A program made the translations under genes and the position numbers. The notes beneath the pieces are model-generated. The model was given only the letters and a program-made list of their open reading frames with translations, ran no database searches and was not told the origin of the DNA. A stretch of DNA of 64,000 bases from Candidatus Heimdallarchaeum endolithica (GTDB lineage: Archaea; Asgardarchaeota; Heimdallarchaeia; Heimdallarchaeales; Heimdallarchaeaceae), in contig CP084167.1 in assembly GCA_021513715.1 (NCBI GenBank), positions 2,432,001 to 2,496,000 on the forward strand, given 5' to 3'. This document shows, piece after piece, positions 21,389 to 32,100 of the stretch. Numbering within the stretch: position 1 is the first letter of the stretch; every line of letters begins with the position of its first letter.

Positions 21389-22819
21389 ATGATAAAAGTA
21401 TATAATACTCTCACTAGAAAGCTAGAAGAATTTAATCCCATAAACAAAGGAAAAATCCATTGGTACCATTGTGGTGTAACCGTATATTCTAGAAGTCATC
21501 TAGGTCATGCAAGGAACTTAATAGCTTTTGATACCATCAGGAGGTATTTAGAATATAGAGGATACGAAGTCAGGTATGTTCAAAATTTTACTGATGTAGA
21601 CGATAAGATGATTGTTAGGGCAAACGAAGAAGGCGTGTCAATCATAGAACTGGCAGAAAAAAACATACAAGATTATTATGAAGACTTAGATAGACTTAAC
21701 GTAAAAAGACCTTCTCTAGCACCAAGAGCATTACTACACATTAATCATATGATAAAAGACATTCAATCTCTAATAGAAAAAGGATATGCTTATGTAGCTG
21801 ATAATGGCGATGTTTATTTTGATGTTCGAAAATGGAAAGAATATGGTAAACTTTCTAAACAAAAGTTAGAAAATATATTAGAACATACTGAGGATACAGA
21901 AAATCCAAATAAACGTTTTCCTGCAGATTTTGCACTATGGAAAGCTAAAAAAGAAGGTGAACCTTCTTGGCCTTCTCCATGGGGAGAAGGACGACCAGGT
22001 TGGCATATTGAATGTTCTACTATGTCTATGACCTATCTTGGAGAGACATTTGATATTCATAGTGGGGGACAAGATTTAATCTTCCCTCATCATGAAAATG
22101 AAATTGCACAATCTGAAAGTCTAACAGGTAAACCTTTTGCTAGATACTGGCTACATAATGGTTTCGTAAAAATAGACGCAGAAAAGATGTCTAAATCAAT
22201 TGGTAATATAATTAATATAAACTCAATTCTCAAGAGTTACTCGCCTGATAGTGTAAGATTATATACTCTTCTTACCCATTATAGACAACCTATTGACTTC
22301 ACTGAAGAAGGATTAAAACAAGCGGAAGTAACAGCAGAAAGACTCTTCAATACGATCGTTCTCTTAAAGAGCTTTGCAAATGATGAAGAGGAATCTAGTG
22401 TAATTACTGAAGAAGATAAGACTATGATTCAAAGTATAGAAGATGCTAGAAATAAATTTATTGAAGCGATGGATGAAGATTTTAATACAAGTAATGCTTT
22501 GGCTGCAGTATTTGAAATATCTAAGGATGTAAATGACTATTTAAGAAAAGTAGAAAAAATCAACTCAATGGTTGTAAGCAAAGCAAATGAATTGTTTGAT
22601 GAATTTAGACTTGTTTTAGGACTATTCAGTGATATTGACCAATATATTAGCATCGATAAAGTCAAGAATTTAGTTAACTTGCTTATTGATCTCCGCCAGG
22701 AGTTCAGAAAAAGCAAGAATTGGGAAAAAAGTGACAGAATACGTGACACATTAAAAGATTCTGGGATAATTCTTGAGGATAATCCAAAAAGAGTATTATG
22801 GAAAATAGTTGCTAAATAA
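21389..22819 (+). CDS. cysS: Cysteine--tRNA ligase
   Basis: CGVTVY..SHLGHAR, DFALWK, GRPGWHIECS, FPHHENE, KMSKS. Confidence 0.98.
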   Translation: MIKVYNTLTRKLEEFNPINKGKIHWYHCGVTVYSRSHLGHARNLIAFDTIRRYLEYRGYEVRYVQNFTDVDDKMIVRANEEGVSIIELAEKNIQDYYEDLDRLNVKRPSLAPRALLHINHMIKDIQSLIEKGYAYVADNGDVYFDVRKWKEYGKLSKQKLENILEHTEDTENPNKRFPADFALWKAKKEGEPSWPSPWGEGRPGWHIECSTMSMTYLGETFDIHSGGQDLIFPHHENEIAQSESLTGKPFARYWLHNGFVKIDAEKMSKSIGNIININSILKSYSPDSVRLYTLLTHYRQPIDFTEEGLKQAEVTAERLFNTIVLLKSFANDEEESSVITEEDKTMIQSIEDARNKFIEAMDEDFNTSNALAAVFEISKDVNDYLRKVEKINSMVVSKANELFDEFRLVLGLFSDIDQYISIDKVKNLVNLLIDLRQEFRKSKNWEKSDRIRDTLKDSGIILEDNPKRVLWKIVAK

Positions 22820-22999
22820 GTTCTTTTTCTTTTTTTGCCGTTGAATGTAAAAAATTGTCTTCCACAAACAATTTTTTTCTTTTTTTTGTTGTAAAAGAAA
22901 AGGAAAGATGAAAAAAGAGTTGTGAGTATAAAAAAGTAATTACTTAAATTAAATAATTCAGAAAAAAGTTTTTGTATTTTAGTGTATTTACTAAAAACA

Positions 23000-23161
23000 A
23001 TGAGTGACGATAAGATTAATGAAGAAAAACTAAATAACGAAAAAACTGAAGATGAAGAAGAATATGTGGGTAGGGATTGGAATAAAATTTTAATGGGTGT
23101 CTTGTTTGTCTTTGCTGCTACTGTGACATGGTATGTTATTCAAGCAATTCTTGGACATTAA
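23000..23161 (+). CDS. Small (53 aa) acidic protein with a single C-terminal TM helix; not in the ORF track
   Basis: Manual translation MSDDKINEEKLNNEKTEDEEEYVGRDWNKILMGVLFVFAATVTWYVIQAILGH*; fills an otherwise empty intergenic gap. Confidence 0.7.
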   Translation: MSDDKINEEKLNNEKTEDEEEYVGRDWNKILMGVLFVFAATVTWYVIQAILGH

Positions 23162-23253
23162 CCTTTTTAAACAATTTTTTGTTTATTTTGAGGAAAGACA
23201 AATTAAGGATTTGCATAAAAAAACTTTTTTATATGTATTTTTTTGCTTTTAAT

Positions 23254-23943
23254 ATGTTAAAGAAAACAATTTTTACTAATTTGGTTCTCCTGTTATTTAG
23301 TTCGTTTTTAATGTGTGCAGGGTCTAGCTATACTATAATTCCTTCTGATTACTTGATCTATAATGTTATAGATGCAAGTTCAACAACAAACTACTTTTAT
23401 GGTGCATGGCCCCCAGGGGCATATTTTGGAACATGGTCTGTCAAAGAAGGGGATAAAGTGATGTTCAACATAACTTCTGTAACGAGTAACTCTATTAATG
23501 GCACTCTGACCATTGGAAATGTTACTTTTTCTGATGTAAGAAATATTGATGTAGGTAGTGCTCTTGCTTTAAGCATTTATCCATGGATGGGTGGGCTTAT
23601 TGCAAATTCTTCAGATTGGGATGATATAACACAATTAGTTGAAAATACTAACACTACTATATCTGTAGAGCAAATAACTCACTTTGTAAATGGTGATAAC
23701 CTTACATTAGTTGCAAGAATTTTTGAAGTTTCAAATTATTATGGTCAATATTCAAAGTTAATTTATGATAACGAAACTGGTATTTTGCTTGAAGGAATAA
23801 CAAGTTTTAGTAATTATCTCTTAAGTTTATCTTTGGAATTCACTTCTATTGAGCTTAATATTCAAGCACAAAAAACTATGTGGACTCCCTTGTTAGTATC
23901 TGTTTTTTCTGTTGTTATAGTTGTAATATTAAAAAAACGTTAA
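23254..23943 (+). CDS. Secreted surface protein with C-terminal TM anchor
   Basis: Signal peptide MLKKTIF..., YDNETGILL motif, C-terminal hydrophobic helix plus KKR. Start refined from the ORF at 23128. Confidence 0.75.
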   Translation: MLKKTIFTNLVLLLFSSFLMCAGSSYTIIPSDYLIYNVIDASSTTNYFYGAWPPGAYFGTWSVKEGDKVMFNITSVTSNSINGTLTIGNVTFSDVRNIDVGSALALSIYPWMGGLIANSSDWDDITQLVENTNTTISVEQITHFVNGDNLTLVARIFEVSNYYGQYSKLIYDNETGILLEGITSFSNYLLSLSLEFTSIELNIQAQKTMWTPLLVSVFSVVIVVILKKR

Positions 23944-24016
23944 CTATACAACTATTCTTTCCATTTTTAATAAAAAAAGCAAAAACTTTTAGAATAACGA
24001 GTTTAGAACATAATAT

Positions 24017-24811
24017 ATGTCAGAAGAAGAAAAAATAGTTCAATATAAGCAAGTAGGCAAAAATAATAATATTGTGCTTATTACATTTCATAGACACAAA
24101 GATCTGAATGCGTTTAATTCACAAATGCTAGAAGAGTTTGAAGAAGTTTTATTGAAAATAAAGCAAGAAAACGATATTCGCTGCGTAATTATTACTTCAG
24201 AAGGTAAATCATTTGTTGCTGGAGCTGACCTTAAATGGATGTCAACTCTCAATGAAGAAAATTATAACGATTTAATAGCTAAAGGACAGGTAGTATTTGA
24301 ATTGATTGAATCTTTGCCAGTACCAGTAATCGCTGCAGTAAATGGATATGCTTTAGGAGGTGGAATGGAACTTTCTTTAGCATGTGACATTAGAATTGCT
24401 AGTTCAAAAGCAGTTTTCGGACAACCAGAAGTTACGTTGGGGTTAGCTCCAGGATGGGGAGGAACTGTTCGTTTACCCCTTATTTCAGGATTAGGTGTAG
24501 CAAAAGATCTTATTCTTACTGGTAGAAAAATAAGTGCTGATGAAGCTCTAAAACTAAATATAGTTTCTGCAGTTTATCCTCCAGAAGAATTACTAGATAA
24601 AGCTTTAGAACTTGCAGAAACGATTGCATCAAATGCTCCTATTGCAGTAAGAGAAGCAAAAAAAGTTTTTACATCAACATTTCAAGAGAAAGTTAAAGAG
24701 GGGTACCGAAAAGAACAAGATGCAGCAAAACCATGTTTTGCATCAAGTGACTTAAAAGAAGGAATTGATGCATTGTTTAACAGAAGAAAACCAGAATTTA
24801 AAGATAATTAA
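24017..24811 (+). CDS. Enoyl-CoA hydratase/isomerase (crotonase)
   Basis: FVAGADL, PVIAAVNGYALGGGMELSLACDIR, FGQPEVTLGLAPGWGG. Confidence 0.95.
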   Translation: MSEEEKIVQYKQVGKNNNIVLITFHRHKDLNAFNSQMLEEFEEVLLKIKQENDIRCVIITSEGKSFVAGADLKWMSTLNEENYNDLIAKGQVVFELIESLPVPVIAAVNGYALGGGMELSLACDIRIASSKAVFGQPEVTLGLAPGWGGTVRLPLISGLGVAKDLILTGRKISADEALKLNIVSAVYPPEELLDKALELAETIASNAPIAVREAKKVFTSTFQEKVKEGYRKEQDAAKPCFASSDLKEGIDALFNRRKPEFKDN

Positions 24812-24837
24812 TTTTTTTTTTAGTTGTGTCTAATTCC

Positions 24838-25986
24838 TTACCTTTTTTTGAATTTATTATTTTTACAATATGGACAGCCAAATTCTTTTAGTTCTTCAAT
24901 TGTCTTTATTTTCTTATTTTTGCCAATTGTAATTTCGTTTTTACAATTTATACAAACATAAATCCTGTTTTTAGGATTGAAATCACCAGTATAAAGCTTA
25001 TCGAGATATTGTCCTTTAATTATTGGTGTTAGGGGTGGAAGAGTTTCTAATCTATATAGAACAGACTCTCCAGCTAAAATTTGTGCTCCTATATACTTAT
25101 TAAATCGAGGTAGAATATGAGTGACCAAACAATTCATTGCAAGAAGATCTTTCTGAATTTTTAGCATTTCTTGAGGGGGTTTTTGACCAAAAGAAAGGTA
25201 GATAACACCTCCAATAGATTGATTTAGTATTTCTAAAGCTCTAGACACAAATAATGACACTCCTGGTCTAGTATATGGGGGATCTGTAAGTACTACATCA
25301 AAGATACCTTGGTAGGATCTAGGAATGGGATTCCTAAAGTCGTGATGAACAAATTTGATATTGGTACTGTTGTCTTTATTATATATATCAATAATTTTTT
25401 TTAACCTTTGATCAATGTCAAATACTACGATTTCTTGGTCATTTTTAAGAAACTGAGAAAGAAGTAAACTAGTTAAATCACTATCTCCAATGAACGCATA
25501 ATTATCTTTTATCAGATCATAGTTGTGATTCATAAATAATATTCTTCTTAAATTTGTTTCAGCTGTAGCAAAAGACTGATCAATTACAGTTTTAGGCGCA
25601 CCTCTCATCGATGCATAATATTTGAATTTTTCTAGTTCTTTTTCAAACTTATTTTCTTCAAATATAAACCCAATTCCATCACATTCTTTGCATGTTAAGT
25701 CAAAATTAACTTTTGTAAGTTCTTTGACTGCTTCAATTCCCGTGAATGAAAGTTTGTTCCCTTTCGGTGTTTTTTCACACCATCCTATCTTTATCAACTC
25801 ATTTTTTATTGCAACACTTATTGGAGTGGGAAAACCGCTTTTTTGCGCAACAAATTTTATTGGTTTGTTTGGGTATCTGTCTAAAACAGCTAAAAAGCGC
25901 TTTATTCCGTTAATTCCCTCTTTTATTTTGACTTTTTTTGTAATTTCATTGATCTGTTTAATTATCTCTTCCCTATTCGTATTCAA
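24838..25986 (-). CDS. bpsA: Branched-chain polyamine synthase BpsA-like (DUF43)
   Basis: DQSFAT.ET..RR, FIGDSDLTS, VFDIDQR, HDFRNPIP, FDVVLTDPPYT..G..LF.SR, FNKY; extra Zn ribbons. Confidence 0.85.
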   Translation of the reverse strand: MNTNREEIIKQINEITKKVKIKEGINGIKRFLAVLDRYPNKPIKFVAQKSGFPTPISVAIKNELIKIGWCEKTPKGNKLSFTGIEAVKELTKVNFDLTCKECDGIGFIFEENKFEKELEKFKYYASMRGAPKTVIDQSFATAETNLRRILFMNHNYDLIKDNYAFIGDSDLTSLLLSQFLKNDQEIVVFDIDQRLKKIIDIYNKDNSTNIKFVHHDFRNPIPRSYQGIFDVVLTDPPYTRPGVSLFVSRALEILNQSIGGVIYLSFGQKPPQEMLKIQKDLLAMNCLVTHILPRFNKYIGAQILAGESVLYRLETLPPLTPIIKGQYLDKLYTGDFNPKNRIYVCINCKNEITIGKNKKIKTIEELKEFGCPYCKNNKFKKR

Positions 25987-26087
25987 CTTACCTATTTTAT
26001 AATATCTCTCTTCTAAAATTTTGTTATTAATATCTCAAATATTTCTTCGTAAGAAAAATTTTTCAATAGATTGAAAACTGTAAAATT

Positions 26088-27362
26088 GTGAAAAATTTAA
26101 TTTCTTCATTTTCTTATCTAGATTATAAAACTAATCTACTTACTCTAAATAATATCCCACTTAATGAGCTAATAAAAGATGTCGATACACCTTTTTTTCT
26201 TTATTTACCTAAACGATTCGAGCAAAACTATTTAGCACTTAAAAATTCATTATCAAAGTATTTACCTAATTTTCAGATTTTTTATGCCGTAAAAGCCAAT
26301 TATTTAGGAAAAATATTGTTAGATGCAAAAAAACTTGGTTTAGGACTAGAGGTTATGTCTTTGTTTGAGATTTTATTGGCTAGAAGAGCTAAATATTCTT
26401 TTAATAATCTTATTTTTAATGGCCCAGCTAAAACTGAACTAGAACTCACTACTTACTTAAAAGAAAATTCTAATGCTAGAATCAACGTAGAATCATTAAA
26501 TGAACTAGTTTTAATTGAAAGAATTGCTAAAAAAATGAAAATTAAACCAAAAGTAACTGTGAGGATTCATCCTAACTTAAGTAAAGAAACTGAAAAAAGG
26601 ATGTTGATTAAGAAAAGCAGTAAATTAGGTATAGATTACGAAAGGGCAAAGAAACTTTTTTCTTTTGCTAAAGATTCAGACTTTTTAGAACCTGTAGGAG
26701 TACACGTGCATGTTGGCACAAATCTTTCATCTCATGAGTTTTTTGATGAATTGTTTGATTTTATGAATTCATACATTGAGAGTTTAAGAAAAATCGATAT
26801 CCAGATTAAAGAAGTAAATCTTGGAGGAGGGTTAGCTCCCCCAAATGTCCTGATTAGAGAAAATTTTAGTTTATATCGCTTTGCTGAACAAATAGTAACA
26901 AAATTTGAGAACTACAAAGATATTCTTTTTCTTTTTGAACCAGGACGATATTTGATTGCAGATAGTTTTATCGCTTTGACTAAAATTCTACAAACAAAGA
27001 AAAGCTGGGGGCGAAAGTGGGCTTTTGTAGATATTGGAGCTAATTCTCTTGTTCCTTTGAGATATAGCATTTATTCTGTTATTCCTCTATTTTTTAAGGG
27101 GAAGGGCCAATATTGCAATCTTGGGGGTCCATTGTGTTTACCTGTTGATATCATAACAAAAGAAGCAGTTGATTTTATGGTAGAGAACGATGATTTGTTG
27201 GCAGTACTAAATTGTGGTGCTTATACTCTCTCTATGAGCGAACAATTCGGTTATCCACGTCCTCCTGTTTATGAGCTAAATGAGAAAGGAAAGTTAAAAT
27301 TGATCAAACCTTCTGATGATATAGAAAGAATGGTTGAAGAGAATTTTAGTAATCTTGAGTAG
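26088..27362 (+). CDS. PLP fold-III decarboxylase (diaminopimelate/ornithine/arginine decarboxylase family)
   Basis: FYAVKAN, FNGPAK, HVHVG, NLGGG, FEPGRY, GPLC..D, GAY. Confidence 0.9.
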   Translation: MKNLISSFSYLDYKTNLLTLNNIPLNELIKDVDTPFFLYLPKRFEQNYLALKNSLSKYLPNFQIFYAVKANYLGKILLDAKKLGLGLEVMSLFEILLARRAKYSFNNLIFNGPAKTELELTTYLKENSNARINVESLNELVLIERIAKKMKIKPKVTVRIHPNLSKETEKRMLIKKSSKLGIDYERAKKLFSFAKDSDFLEPVGVHVHVGTNLSSHEFFDELFDFMNSYIESLRKIDIQIKEVNLGGGLAPPNVLIRENFSLYRFAEQIVTKFENYKDILFLFEPGRYLIADSFIALTKILQTKKSWGRKWAFVDIGANSLVPLRYSIYSVIPLFFKGKGQYCNLGGPLCLPVDIITKEAVDFMVENDDLLAVLNCGAYTLSMSEQFGYPRPPVYELNEKGKLKLIKPSDDIERMVEENFSNLE

Positions 27363-27369
27363 GGATTTG

Positions 27370-27870
27370 GTGAAACAATTGACTTCTTCTAAATCCACCC
27401 AAATATGTAGAGACACATGTAAAAGTAAATGTTGCAAAAGTACTCCCCCAGCTTTAACCTCTGAAGATTTAACTAGAATTAGTAATGCCCTCGGGATAAA
27501 AAAAGAAGAGTTTGCAAATAATAAAAATAATTATTTTTTTGTCAAAAAAAGAGAAAATAGTAATGACTGTTATTTTTTATCAGATGAAGGAGAATGTAAA
27601 ATTTATAATTATCGCCCATTAGATTGTCAATTATTCCCAGTTTTGTTTAAAATTAAAAGAGTAGATTCTTCATATTTAATAAAATGGTATATATGGTATT
27701 GTCCCTTAACAGACTTTTTCACTTCAGAGTTTTTGATAGAAAAAGCAAAGAAAATAATTGTTAGGTATTTAGAAAAAGATTCAGGGATTCTGTTTGAATA
27801 TCAATCTGCAATGTACGGAACTGGGGGGTATAAGAGAAAGCACTTTCTTTTTGAGGAAAAGATACCTTGA
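27370..27870 (+). CDS. YkgJ-family cysteine-cluster protein
   Basis: CRDTCKSKCC ... CYFL...CKIY..RP..C..FP. Start uncertain (27334 or 27370). Confidence 0.85.
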   Translation: MKQLTSSKSTQICRDTCKSKCCKSTPPALTSEDLTRISNALGIKKEEFANNKNNYFFVKKRENSNDCYFLSDEGECKIYNYRPLDCQLFPVLFKIKRVDSSYLIKWYIWYCPLTDFFTSEFLIEKAKKIIVRYLEKDSGILFEYQSAMYGTGGYKRKHFLFEEKIP

Positions 27871-27998
27871 TCAAGTAGAATAATATACAAGATTTTTTTT
27901 AGGACAAAAATCCCTAAATAAAAAAATTTTATAAATACTCTATTTTCTGTCTCAATATTCTTAATTATTATTCAATTAACTAATAAAAGGTGTACAAG

Positions 27999-28937
27999 AT
28001 GAAGGCGGATTTGATTGTCATCGCTCTTGGAGGAAATATGATCCTACAAAGAGGACAAAAAGGAACATTTGAAGAACAAATGGAAAATACACAAAAAGCT
28101 TCTGTGGTTATAGCTGATTTGGTAGAACAAGGATATAAATTAGTATTGACTAGCGGAAATGGGCCCCAGGTAGGAAATATCTTAGCACAACAAAATTATG
28201 AAGATGCCCCCTCCATGCCTTTATATGTTTGTGGGGCTATGAGCCAAGGGCAAATAGGTTATATGATCTCCATGACTCTTCAAAATGAATTTAAAAAACG
28301 TAATAAAGAAGTTGATGTTATCACTTTGTCTACACGTGTGATAGTGGATAAAAACGATCCTGGTTTTTCTAATCCAACAAAACCAATTGGTAGGTTTTAT
28401 ACAAAGGATCAAGCAGATAAATTTAATGAAGAAGGTAAAGGGCCTTATATGGATGATGCTGGTAGAGGATATAGATTGTTTGTCGCTTCTCCTCAACCTT
28501 TAGAAATAGTTGAAAAGAAAGCTATACAAACTTTGGCAGATAGCGGTATGCTTGTTTATTGTGTTGGAGGAGGGGGTATACCTGTTGTAAAAAATGATGA
28601 TGGAACACTTGAAGGAGCAATGGCAGTCATTGACAAAGACCGAGCTTCTGCGGTACTAGCAGAACAAATAGATGCAGGAATCCTTATGATACTTACTGAC
28701 GTTCCTCATGCTTGTTTGAATTACAAAAAAGAGGACGAAAAACCTTTGGGAGAAATAAGTTTGGCTCTTGCTATGCAATATTATGATGAAGGGCATTTTA
28801 TTAAGGGTAGCATGGGACCAAAAATCGAAGCAGCAATTAGGTTTGTTAAGAAGACTCAAGGGAAGGCGATAATTACCAATCCAGAAAACGCAATCAAAGC
28901 GATTAAGGGCGAAGCTGGTACAATTGTTGTCCCCTAA
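27999..28937 (+). CDS. arcC: Carbamate kinase
   Basis: IALGGN, GNGPQVG, NPTKPIG, VASPQP, GGGGIPV, AVIDKD, GSMGPK. Confidence 0.95.
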   Translation: MKADLIVIALGGNMILQRGQKGTFEEQMENTQKASVVIADLVEQGYKLVLTSGNGPQVGNILAQQNYEDAPSMPLYVCGAMSQGQIGYMISMTLQNEFKKRNKEVDVITLSTRVIVDKNDPGFSNPTKPIGRFYTKDQADKFNEEGKGPYMDDAGRGYRLFVASPQPLEIVEKKAIQTLADSGMLVYCVGGGGIPVVKNDDGTLEGAMAVIDKDRASAVLAEQIDAGILMILTDVPHACLNYKKEDEKPLGEISLALAMQYYDEGHFIKGSMGPKIEAAIRFVKKTQGKAIITNPENAIKAIKGEAGTIVVP

Positions 28938-29115
28938 TGAAAACTCTTCTTTTTTCATTTCAAAATTTTTCTTAAAACCTTTTTTTTGTTATTCTGAAAT
29001 GGGTAATACCGTGCAATTTAAAAAGATAAAGGATAAATTTCTAGTGTTGTAAAAAATAGAGAAAGATGTTTCAGAGGTCAAAGAACATTTTGGATTCAAT
29101 TATTTTGTGATTATT

Positions 29116-32100
29116 ATGAGTAAGGAAAATACTGGGCAGTATAGTGAAAAAAATGCGTCTTACGGCGTTGAATCCATTCGCGCATTGGAAGGAACAGAGG
29201 GTATACGCCTTCGACCAGCTATGTATATAGGGTCAACAGGAGTAGATGGTTTACATCACTTGTGCTATGAAGTGATTGATAATAGTGTAGATGAATACAT
29301 GGCAGGATATTGTAAAAATATTCAGATAGTTTTGCATAAGGGAAATGGAATATCAATTTTTGATGATGGAAGAGGGATACCTGTTGGTCCTCACAAAAAA
29401 TACAAACAAGATGCTCTAGAGGTAATTTTAACCCGTATTCATTCTGGAGGAAAATTTGATAAAACGGCATATAAAGTCTCAGGTGGATTGCATGGTGTAG
29501 GTCTTGCAGCTGTCAACGCTTTATCTAGGACATTTTTAGTAAAAGTTTACAGAAATGGTAAAGAATATACCCAAGAATATTCCAAAGGGAAACCTGTAAC
29601 AGAAATTATAATAAAAGAACAAGCAGCAGAGCCAATCACAGGAACTTACATCTATTTTGAAGCTGATGATGAAATATTTTCTACTGTAGAGTTTTCTTTT
29701 GATACTCTATCCAGAAGGATAAAAGAGATGGCTTATTTAAATAAAAATTTGCGTTTTGTACTTATTGATGAAAGAGGAGAAGAAGTTAAAAAAGTAGAGT
29801 ATTTATTTGAAGGTGGATTAAGGCAGTTTGTTTTAGACTTATGTGCTGGAAAAAAATCTATTTTTGAACCCCCAGATGACGTTTTTCACTTTGAACAGAC
29901 TATAGATGATATAATAATCGAAATCGCTCTTCAATATAATGCTGGTTATAATGAGGTAATAATGGGTTTTGTTAATGGAATATATACTAGTGAGGGAGGA
30001 ACCCATATCTCAGGCTTTAAAGCTGGTCTAACTAGAGTTATCAATGATTATGCAAAAGATAAAAACCTTATTCCAAAAGGCGATAGTCTTAGAGGAGAAG
30101 ATGTACGAGAGGGTATAATCGCAATTGTTTCGATTAAACATCCAGATCCACAATTTGAAGGACAAACAAAAACAAAATTGGGAAACAGCGAAGTAGACGG
30201 TGTAGTGCAAAGAGTTCTTAGAGAACAGTTTTACGAGTACTTACAAATTAACACAAAAACTGCTAAAAATATTATTGAAAAAGCTAATGAAGCACAACGA
30301 GCTCGTTTAGCTGCACGTAAAGCTAGAGAATTAGTAAGATTAAAACGAAAACAAGTGAGTCTTCCTGGACGATTAATTCAATGTAGAGAGACAGATCCAG
30401 AGAAAAGAGAACTGTTCCTAGTAGAAGGTCTGTCTGCTGGTGGAACAGCAATTAAAGCTCGAGATAGTCAATTTCAAGAAGTATTGTTTCTGAGAGGGAA
30501 AGTGATCAATGTCCTTAAATCAAGACAAGTAAAAGCATTAAGTAACAAAGAAATTGAAAGTTTAATTCTTGCAATCGGAACTGGAATCGGAGATGATTTT
30601 GATTTAGAAAGGTGTAGATACGGAAAAATCATAATACTTAGTGTAGCAAGAGATGAGCCTGTTTTACTTCAACACGATGATGGTACAGTTTTATTTACGC
30701 AGATAGGAAAATTTATAGATAAACAATTAGATTCTGGAGATTTATCAAACAATCTTTCACAGTGGAAAGTTGCCTGTTTCGATTTAATAACTAATAAGGT
30801 GAAATTTGCTCCAATAAAAAATGTAATAAGACACAAACACAATGAACCACTTTACGAAATTATTACAATTTATAATAGAAAAGTTAAGGTGACTGGAGGT
30901 CATAGTGTTTATGTTTATGACAATGGTCAAATAGTTCTTAAGCCAGCAAATCAGATAAAAAAAGGAGACTATATCGTTGCACCTAAAAAAATTCCACAAC
31001 CACAACATCAAATAAAGATAAATCTAGTCAAAGCACTATATAAGCAAAAATATAAATCAAAAATTTTTGTAAAAGGTGGGAATATTCGAGAAATAGCTGC
31101 AAAAAGATTATTGACAAAAATTGCAGAGAAAACAAAGGATGGAATGAACTCTTTTCAAGTCAAGCTCCTCACTGAGCCTAGAATTATGCTTTCTGAATCA
31201 GAATGGAAAATGTTACGCAATATAAGAATAAATAAAGGTTACAGTCAAAGTTTTATAGCGCATAAAATTGGAGTGAAGCAAGCGATAACTGTATCAGAGT
31301 ATGAGAGAAAAATTAGTCTCCCAATTAAATCTGTCTTTGATAAATACTTAGAAATTATAAGTTTTGATAAAAAATTAAAAACATTAAAATACAAAATTCC
31401 AAAAATCGATGAATTAAAACAAGAACATTCAAGCTATAATGACAAATACAGAATTGTTAGTCCATTCAAGAATTTAGGATGGTTTACTGCAGAGGAAGTA
31501 GAGCTTATAAATAGTAGTTCTGTAATTGTCCCTCGTGCTCATCACGAGGATGCTTTTCCAACGTCTATTTTGTTGACTAAAGAGCTTGCTTACTTCTTGG
31601 GTTGGTATACAGCTGAGGGCTCTATAGGTTCTAGATCTCAAGTAAGACTCCACTTAGGAAAAAAAGATGATAAATATATCCCTTATTTGGAAAAGTGCAT
31701 CAAGAAAGTGTTTAATAAAACTCCAAAAATTTATGTAGATCGCAATAATGTTCGCAATCTATACATTCACAGTACTTTTGCTAAGTCAGTAATAGTTGCC
31801 CTAGAATTAAATAAAAAGGCGCACGAGAAAAGAGTACCTGATATAATTTTCTCTGCTCCTGGTGAAATACAATTAGAATTCTTAAAAGGCTATTTCTTAG
31901 GCGATGGTACTTTAACTAAATCATCTTTGTCTTGCTCTACCACTTCAAAAGACCTCTATCATGGTATTAGATATCTTTTAGGTATGCATGGTATTTTTAC
32001 TTCTTCTTATACGTATGTTCCTAATGTTGAAAAACAAAAACAAAATGAAAGTAAAATTATATCTAAAAAGACACAATATAGACTTTCCATAACTGGTAAA

